Source: the human T2T-CHM13v2.0 reference genome, Homo sapiens. Taken from it: 64,000 bases of DNA. Where the stretch lies: NCBI RefSeq assembly GCF_009914755.1, contig NC_060929.1; one strand, 5' to 3'. Both the position numbers and the translations under genes were made by a program. The notes beneath the pieces were generated by a model. That model saw only the letters and a list, made by a program, of their open reading frames with translations. It was not told where the DNA came from and did no database searches. This document shows, piece after piece, positions 55,780 through 64,000 of this stretch. Positions within the stretch are counted from its first letter, which is position 1, and the number at the start of each line of letters is the position of its first letter.

Positions 55780-56090
55780 AAGACAGCCAGCTCACCTAAT
55801 AGGCCTTTTATTTGCTAATCAAACCTCTCATTAACAATTAATTGGATCAAAAGTTCATAGGCCATTATTGCTGTGTCAATTAGATGCGTAGGCCTCGGAG
55901 TCTGAAACGGAATGACCTGCTCGGGTGATAAATAATTTCCAACAGCGACTCGCCTTACTGCAGGCCGCCTGTGTGGAGGTCACCATCCCGGCCTCAGCGG
56001 CCAGCACAGGCTGTCCTGATGACAAGAAAAGATGCAGTCTCTCTTATCGCACATGCTAATTTAAGCTCCGTAATCTAAAACGTGTGAAAC
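55780..56090. promoter_or_regulatory. Candidate homeodomain-motif enhancer
   Basis: Multiple TAAT/ATTA cores (CTAATCA, CATTAAC, TTAATTGG, CAATTAG, CTAATTT, GTAATCT); repeat-free. Confidence 0.4.
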
Positions 56091-58234
56091 ACCATCTCAG
56101 GGCAAACAGGAGATGCTGTCGTTGTGTCTTTACGAGAGCCCTACAAATGGTTGCGTGCTCTTCAAGAGAAGAAAAAGAAACAGGAGAACACAAAGAACTT
56201 GTCAAGCTTGAAGGGCTATGCAGGCTTGCAATCACGAGATATCGTGGGCTCCTGACCGTGGGCTGCCACGTGTAAACCCCGATAAGGTGGGATCTCCTGA
56301 CAATGTCACCAACATAGAGACAGATGCATCTGCTTTACACCATCCTTAGTTCAAGTTTAACTCATTCATTTGATTTCCGCCCTTCAGTAAGGAAAAAACT
56401 TTACTGAGCATTGGAGTCTGAAATGTTTGTTACATTATCTCAGAGATTGTTATTCCACACCAAACTCATCAGATGCCCTCATGAGTCGTGTTGCAGTCAT
56501 GTTGTTCCCTGGACAAAAATAAGATAGCATCTACAAAATTACAGGTTAATTGAAGCAGGAGAAAGCTTTTGCTATTAAAATTTCTAAAGGATAAATGTGA
56601 AATACAGTTGAGAGTTCATTTTCAGCACTGGGATTAACTTACAGCTCTTTCCTCTTTTTCTTTCTTTTTCTTTTCTTTTTTTTTTTTTTTTGAGGGCACA
56701 GCAGCCTCCAAGAGGTGGGAAGCACATTCTTTTAACTTTATATTCTCCAGGTTGTCCCTGTCTATGAGAAGATAGTCCATGAAAATGTGTTGGAATTAAT
56801 GAAATCTGAATTGAATTCAATGCAGGTAGTAAGTCAAGCCAGGCTGGCAAAATTCCTTATGAAACTGTGGGGTCAGTCATCTTGATTCAAAATCCATTTT
56901 GTGTTTGATTGTGAGATGCTACAGTGGGCTGTGCTAAAGGACAATCATGTTCTTAATCGACTCCCCAGCCTATGAGCTGGAATGTGGATGCTTTCAGTAC
57001 TGTGAGGTCACCTGCTCCCCCCGACAGGATCATACAGGTTCTCTCTTCCTGATTCTACTCAAACAGATGGGGGCATACTGGGCCTGAGGTCAGTGGAGGA
57101 GGGGTCTTTGAAAGAAGCTAGGGTGAAGGGGTCTAATTCCTTTCTCTGGAGACGATGGCAGAGGGTTTACGTCCCACTCCCTGAAAGCCTGTAAGGATCC
57201 CATCGCTCTTTCCCATCAGGGAGACACCCACGCCCTCCAGGGCCCACCTTCCTGCCCCCTCCCCACGCCACCAGCCCATAAGCCTTCTCCTTCTGACCCT
57301 GTCTCTTCCTGAAGGGAGCCTCTCCCAATCTCCTTGCTTATATTAGTGTAGAGTGTGAGCGTCAGTCATACATATTTGTTAACTGGAATTAAATTTCAGC
57401 AGAAGAAGAAGTTATCTAAGGGCCCACGCGTGCGGCATGATGAGATATCCCTGATTAAGAAATGTAGCCTGGCTGTAATGCCTCCTGGAAGACTAAGTCA
57501 ATCGAAACGTTGGTTTTAGTTTACAGTTGTTGCAGATGCAAAGACCGCATGTACTCTGGCTCCTGTAGAAACTCCAGGAACATTAAGTAAGACCAAAGTC
57601 TCACACCTTAAATGCAGCAACGCTTGCAGTTTCAGACTCTCAGTGAAGTGTCTGCGTCCTGAGCAGTGACCCAGCACCTACACACCCCTCTGCAGCGATG
57701 TCCACCCACAGTTGAGGGGTTCATGTAGCACAGCTGTGCTACAAGCTTCTTCTGCAAGCTTCAGAGCAAACCTAAGTGTTTAGGGGCCTACAGGACCAAG
57801 ACTCATTCCACAGAAACTGAGAAGGTGTGGGTGCAAGGTACTGAGTCATTTACAAAAGGTTTATTTTGCATGCAAGATGAGAACCAGAATGCGAAAACAG
57901 AATTGGAAACTGTCACACAAGAGAAAGAAGACAATTTGTGTCTAGGTGATGTATTTCTTGCTCCTAATGGCCATTGCCATAGTGAGGGCGGTGGATTCCT
58001 GACAGGGAGAAAAAAGGAAAAGATTGCAGAGCTGTGGGATAGCTGCACCTACCCAGAATGGAGCAGAAGAGGGGTGGGGTGAGCACGAAGCTTGGTGCGC
58101 ACAAGAATGTGGTCCACTCTCCAAACATGTGCAGGCAGCTCCCCAAGCGCAATGCAGGCCCCACCACCGTGCGTTTCCTTGTACGATAGACACCAAACGT
58201 CAACCACGCCTACTTATGAGTATGAAGTGTTTTC

Positions 58235-58592
<358 letters not shown>

Positions 58593-60874
58593 TTAAGGTG
58601 AACCTGTCCATTTGGGCAGCTGATTTTTAATCAACATTTGTATGGTTGTATTCATGGATATACACCGAAGGAAAAGGGCATTGTCACTGATCATTTACAT
58701 AGATCTACTGTTTTTTTATTATCAGCCCATTGGGACAATCTAAAATGTTGGCCAATTCCCAGGCACACAGGCATAGCCTTTGGTGCAGCAACTTACAAAC
58801 TCACGCTGTGGGAGAACTTTTCCTGAAGGACTGGAAATGTCTTCTTTTCTTTTCATTAATCTTTTTAAGCTATTTTTATTAATAAAGCAAACATGGGATG
58901 TATAACATTAAATAAGTCCAGGATGAAGATTTTTTTTTATTTCTTCCTTTGCCTAAACATCAAAGCATCTGCCTTGGTATATAATAAGATATCGATATTC
59001 CAGTGAAAAAGAAACTTTCGGGTACGTATTTCCTACTTGTCAAGACTCCAGCTTAAATATTCTGGGTAGAATCCTGGCTTGATCTCCAGTGTCAAAATGT
59101 GAGTATCCGAATTTCATTCATGCCAACACAGCTTCCTGATGCTCCGCTGGCAGCCACAGCCCAGACACCCGCTTGGGTCTGAGCCCAGCTGAAGGGCGCA
59201 GTGTAGTGGCTGATCCCGGAGCTTGGTGGTGTGTCATCAGCCTGTGTGTGTCCTCCTTCCTGTGCCTGTGCCGGCAACACACATCACACTCCACACCCTC
59301 TGTGTGTGCATCGGCACTTTCCCGGGCACGCGCTGTGAACACTGTCACAGGGGACGGCCCAGCCCATCTACACCCGCTGCAGAGTCAGCACTTCAGTTGG
59401 AGCCCTACTCAACTGTGCTTGTGAAATAAGTGGATTTTAGGTCTTTCTGCAAGGCGACAACTTTTTGATATGACCTTTGATGAAGAGATTTAAAAACAAA
59501 AACCAACTCGCAGCAGTGGCAGGAAGGAAATGACCTTCCGTTTTCCCTGGTTTAGCTGAACATCCTATGGGTATTTAGTCATTATGGATCCAAACCATAG
59601 ACTCCCAGTTCAGCAGGTAGTGTAAAAGCTACATATTCATCTCAGCCCAGTCAAGAAAACAATCCAAGCCAGTTGATGGGACAGGGGTGTTACAAAGGTA
59701 CCAGGAAAACTGAAAAGTCAAAGGATTCAGCAATCGGCAGGGGTGATGGCAGCAATCCACTTAGTGCTTCCGGGAAGGAGAGGCTGAGGTGAGGTGTTGC
59801 CGGAACACAGGGCTGGTGGGACTGAGGAAGGCTAGACCCAGGGACCTCACAAAGGGGGACCATCTGCAGCTAGAGGAACCTTGGACTGTGGAATGCACTG
59901 ACGGAGGTGCAGTCAAAGCAGAAAAGGAGGAGGAGGAACACCCTGGCTCCCCATCTCCCACTCTGCAGTCTCCTGCCAGCATCTGCCTGTGCCTGCCATT
60001 GTGTAGGCACCCAGAGCCACTGGACAGTGGGTAAGGGAGTTGGGGAAGACAGACAAGAGCAGGGAGGGCCCAGGCAGTGAACGTGAGCACGGCCAGACCA
60101 GCACCAGCTTGGTGACCGTGCAGAACCCACGTCTGTGCTGTGGGTGGGGCACTGTGGAGACTATTGAGGCCACAGCAACCGTAGAGAGCCGGCCCTGCTG
60201 AATCAGGGCCTCTGCTGCTGTGGGAGTCTGGGGGTCTCAGTTCTTACTGAACATGACAGGCTCTCCAGAGCTGTTGGTGCCACTCTCGATCCTGGGCAGG
60301 GCTGGATGAATCATTCCTGGCATCAGTTTCTGACAAGTAGCTACCGTAATTCCCACCACCTCCAGGGGTCAGACTTTCCAGTGGTCGGGACATTCTGACA
60401 TCTGGCCACAGATTGGAGGTCAGCAGGAGATGCCAAGGTGTGGGGGACCTGGAGGCTGGAGCCTTTGTGTGCTCCCCTCTTTGGAAGTGTCAATGTCTAA
60501 CTCTTGAGACACAACCGGAGGACTCTGTACCAGGAGGGAGACTGAGGCTGCTGATGGAACTGGAGGGCACATCTCTCCTGCAAGGCTGTGGCCTACGTGC
60601 AGGTCCTGATGTTGAGTTACCCTGAGCGGCAGGGTGGGAGACGTAGGAGACATAGTGTCAGAGCACCTGCAGCAAAAGACAGCTGTCCATGAGGAGAGGA
60701 AGGAAAAGAAGATGGACCCCAAAGGAATAGCTACTGGGAGTAATTTGGCCAGACTAATAGTGCCTCAAGCCACCTCTTCAATATAACAAAATGGAATAAT
60801 TATGGTTCACAATGATGACCTTGAGTCATCAAAAAACTATTTAATCATGTTCAAATAATTTTGTTTCCAGAGAG

Positions 60875-60940
60875 TTCATTTCAGTTCAACAAATATTTAT
60901 CATCAGCTAATTACATGCTGGGGGCTGTGAGCACACTGGG
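60875..60940 (-). mobile_element. L2 3' end fragment
   Basis: TTCAACAAATATTTAT...TACATGCTGGGGGCTGTG. Confidence 0.5.
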
Positions 60941-61446
60941 GTAAGCTTTGGGGAGTGCGTGCTAATTTGAGCAGTGAGGCTGCAGCCCTGAAGTAACCTG
61001 TCGGTGAGGATGCATTTGATGGCAAGCTCTGCCTGGATGTGCTGGCCTCACAAGTGCAGACGCAGTGTCAGGCAAATTCAGGCTCGATTCTGGACTCAGG
61101 GACTCCGTGATCCCCCACCTGTCTCCACCTGGAGCTCAGCTCTGCCTTCCTTAGCAGTGTGGAGCCCGGGGGTCATGGGATCACTGCTGTCTGCACCGGG
61201 CCTCCTTCTCCTCTCCTTTGAGTTAGGGGAGGACAGAGGGTGATGTTTATGGGATCTGTTTTAAAAAAGAAAGGTTTCCTAGTCATGTCAACAAAGGACT
61301 GGATCCAGAGGGGCCAGGGCAAGGCCCTGAAGCAGAGACAACTGGTGGGGTTGGATTACAGGCCCTGCTGGTCGCCTGTGCCCAGGGCTGGAGGGTGCTG
61401 CAGGTGGAGGAAAAGTACCAAGGGAAGAAGTGGCAATTTCCCACCC

Positions 61447-61611
61447 TGCAGGGGAGCACGGCGGCTGGCGGTAATGCAGGGAGCACGGCGGCTGGCGGTA
61501 ACGCAGGGAGCACTACAGCTGGCGGTAATGCAGGGAGCACGGCGGCTGGCCGTAACGCAGGGAGCACTACAGCTGGCGGTAACGCAGGGAGCACGGCGGC
61601 TGGCGGTAATG
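61447..61611. repeat. 27-bp GC-rich minisatellite, 6 copies
   Basis: Unit YGCAGGGAGCAC(GGCG/TACA)GCTGGCGGTAA. Confidence 0.96.
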
Positions 61612-62756
61612 AGCGCTTGAGCCGGAATCAGAACTGCACCTGCAGAAAGCTCAGTGCTTGTTCACTTCATCACCACGACGAAGACACCTGTGAAACTTCT
61701 GGAAGCTATCTGTTAAACCAGATCCTTATAAGTTCAGAAATGTAAAGGGAAGGAGACCCTTACAGAGAACCGATGGGTTACTAAGTAACAGTAACAAATA
61801 ACCAAAGCTGATTAAGCTGATTCTCACGGGCAAGGCTTCCCTGTCGCCGTAAAAACACACCAATTAGCTTTTCCAGAGAGGCCCGGGATCCACTTGGGAT
61901 GGCTTTCAGTGTCAAGAGAGGGTGGAGACACATCACAGAGAACAAGGCAATGCATTCCAAGAAACTGTTCAAATTGAAAGCCTTACACTTTGTCTACAAC
62001 TGTAAACAACATATTACTTTGTTCATGTGCAGGCCCCCCCCGCTAAAGCTGAAACTGTCTCCCTAATAATACATAAAGAAATATTAATTAAAATAAGTAA
62101 ATGCATAAATACATAGCTGAGTTAGAAAAAAAACAGGAAGTCCTTCCATGTCAGAAATGAACAGGGAGCTCCAAGCTTGCTCAGAGAACCCTTGCAATGG
62201 GGCCCCGGGCTTGGGGTTAGGTCAGCCTCCATGAGAGACCTGTCCCCTGGCTTTGGGGCCGTCATGAGAATGGGCCTCGCAGACTCCAGATGAAGCATGG
62301 GTGGGAGGTCTGGGGTTGCTGATGTTCTCAAAGACTCATGGCATATTTGTGTAGACACCAAGCTGCCCGGGGGCTGCCTCTGTTTGAGACCTGGGCCTCC
62401 CCGGACAGCCCACACTGGCTGGAAGACTCTCTGAAGCTTAACCAAGCCTCCCTTGTGTCCCTTTCCCCAGCTTCTCCTGGCTCCTCCCCTCAGAGGACCC
62501 TTCCGTCCTGGTTCCATGCTGGCCAGCCTGGCCGTGGTTCTCCTGACTTTTCCTCACACAGTGAGACACATGCTGGTGTCTGCTTCTTCAAGGGCCTGGA
62601 AGAACAGTTTCTGCACCGTGTGAAATGAGATGGTTTCTCACTATGGAGATGCTTGAGGGACAAAAGAAGACCCCATCTGCTATCCTGGAAAAGCAAAAAG
62701 GTAGCTGGTCATCTGCTGGAAGCTTAAAGAAAAATGTTTCAAAAAGATCCTGCATT

Positions 62757-63217
62757 CACTATTTACAATAGCAAAGACATGGAACCAACCCAAATGCCCA
62801 TCAATGATAGAATGAATAAAGAAAATGTGGCACATATACACCATGGAATATTATGCAGCCATAAAAATAAATGAGATCATGTCCTTTGCGGTGACATGGA
62901 TGAAGCTGGAAGCCAGAATTCTCAGCAAACTAACACAGGAACAGAAAACCAAACACTGCATGTTCTCATTCACAAGTGGGAGTTGAACAACGAGAACACA
63001 TGGACACAGAGAGGGGAACATCACACACCAGGGCCTGTTGGTGGCGTGGGGGGCAAGGGGAGGGAGAGCATTAGGACAAATACCTAATGCATGCAGGGCT
63101 TAAAACCTAGGTGAAGGGTTTATAGATGCAGCAAACCACCATGGCACATGTATACCTATGTAACGAACCTGCACGTTTTGCACATATATCTCAGAATTTA
63201 AAGTTAAAAAAAAAAAA
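62757..63217 (+). mobile_element. L1PA (L1PA8-10-like) 3' end, 5'-truncated
   Basis: L1PA 3' UTR plus poly(A); TSD AAAAGATCCTGCATT / AAAAGACCCTGCATT. Confidence 0.93.
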
Positions 63218-63554
63218 GACCCTGCATTTCAATCAAAGCTCCAGTGTGTGACTTGCAAGTAAGGTCCACATGCATATGACTGGGATCATACAAGAATTGC
63301 AAATTGATGAATTAAGACATAAAGTGTTCAGGGACTACAGACTTATCTATGCCCTGGCAAAAAGAAAAAATGAAAAAAAAAAAACACACACACACACAGA
63401 CTGAAACTCTGTAGGGCCATCCATCCAGCACACGGTTTTCTCATAGAAAACACACAAATAATGAATCATCGAGATCATGAATCACTGTGAGGAAAACTCA
63501 GAAGACACAGAAAATGAAAGCATGAGCCCCTAACAGAGAGAACAAGTGTCACTA

Positions 63555-63846
<292 letters not shown>

Positions 63847-64000
63847 AGTATCACTATTAAGGAGACTGTAGAGTATTGTGTTTCCATTACTTTAAGCTAC
63901 CAAAGAAGAGCTAGGAATCCATTTTAAGTGAGATACACTTGAAAGAAATAAGTTATAATTTCTAAAAATGAGAACAACTCTAGTCACTCTGAGGTAAAGT

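Noticed and set aside
61447-61611. Resemblance to a CRISPR array
   Set aside because: Head-to-tail tandem units with no unique spacers, no cas genes, primate context

Overview
Primate (very probably human) non-coding genomic DNA, intronic or intergenic. It is identified by its Alu, L1PA/L1M, L2, MIR, THE1/MST/MLT1 LTR and Tigger/MER DNA-transposon content. I find no credible protein-coding exon, RNA gene or CRISPR array; the long ORFs are artefacts of simple repeats or Alus. The window holds many degenerate CA/TG, TCCA/TCTA and minisatellite tracts, plus several repeat-free, motif-dense blocks resembling developmental enhancers. The most notable unexplained structure is a 121-bp, 85%-identical inverted repeat (35929-36049 / 36272-36392) with no recognisable TE origin. 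Also notable are a 77-bp direct repeat pair 1.4 kb apart, a trimeric AluY inside a single TSD, an AluYd-lineage element and nested transposon insertions. I do not see evidence for a new gene system. The locus cannot be named from sequence alone, and repeat subfamily calls are from recalled consensus sequences, not a RepeatMasker run.
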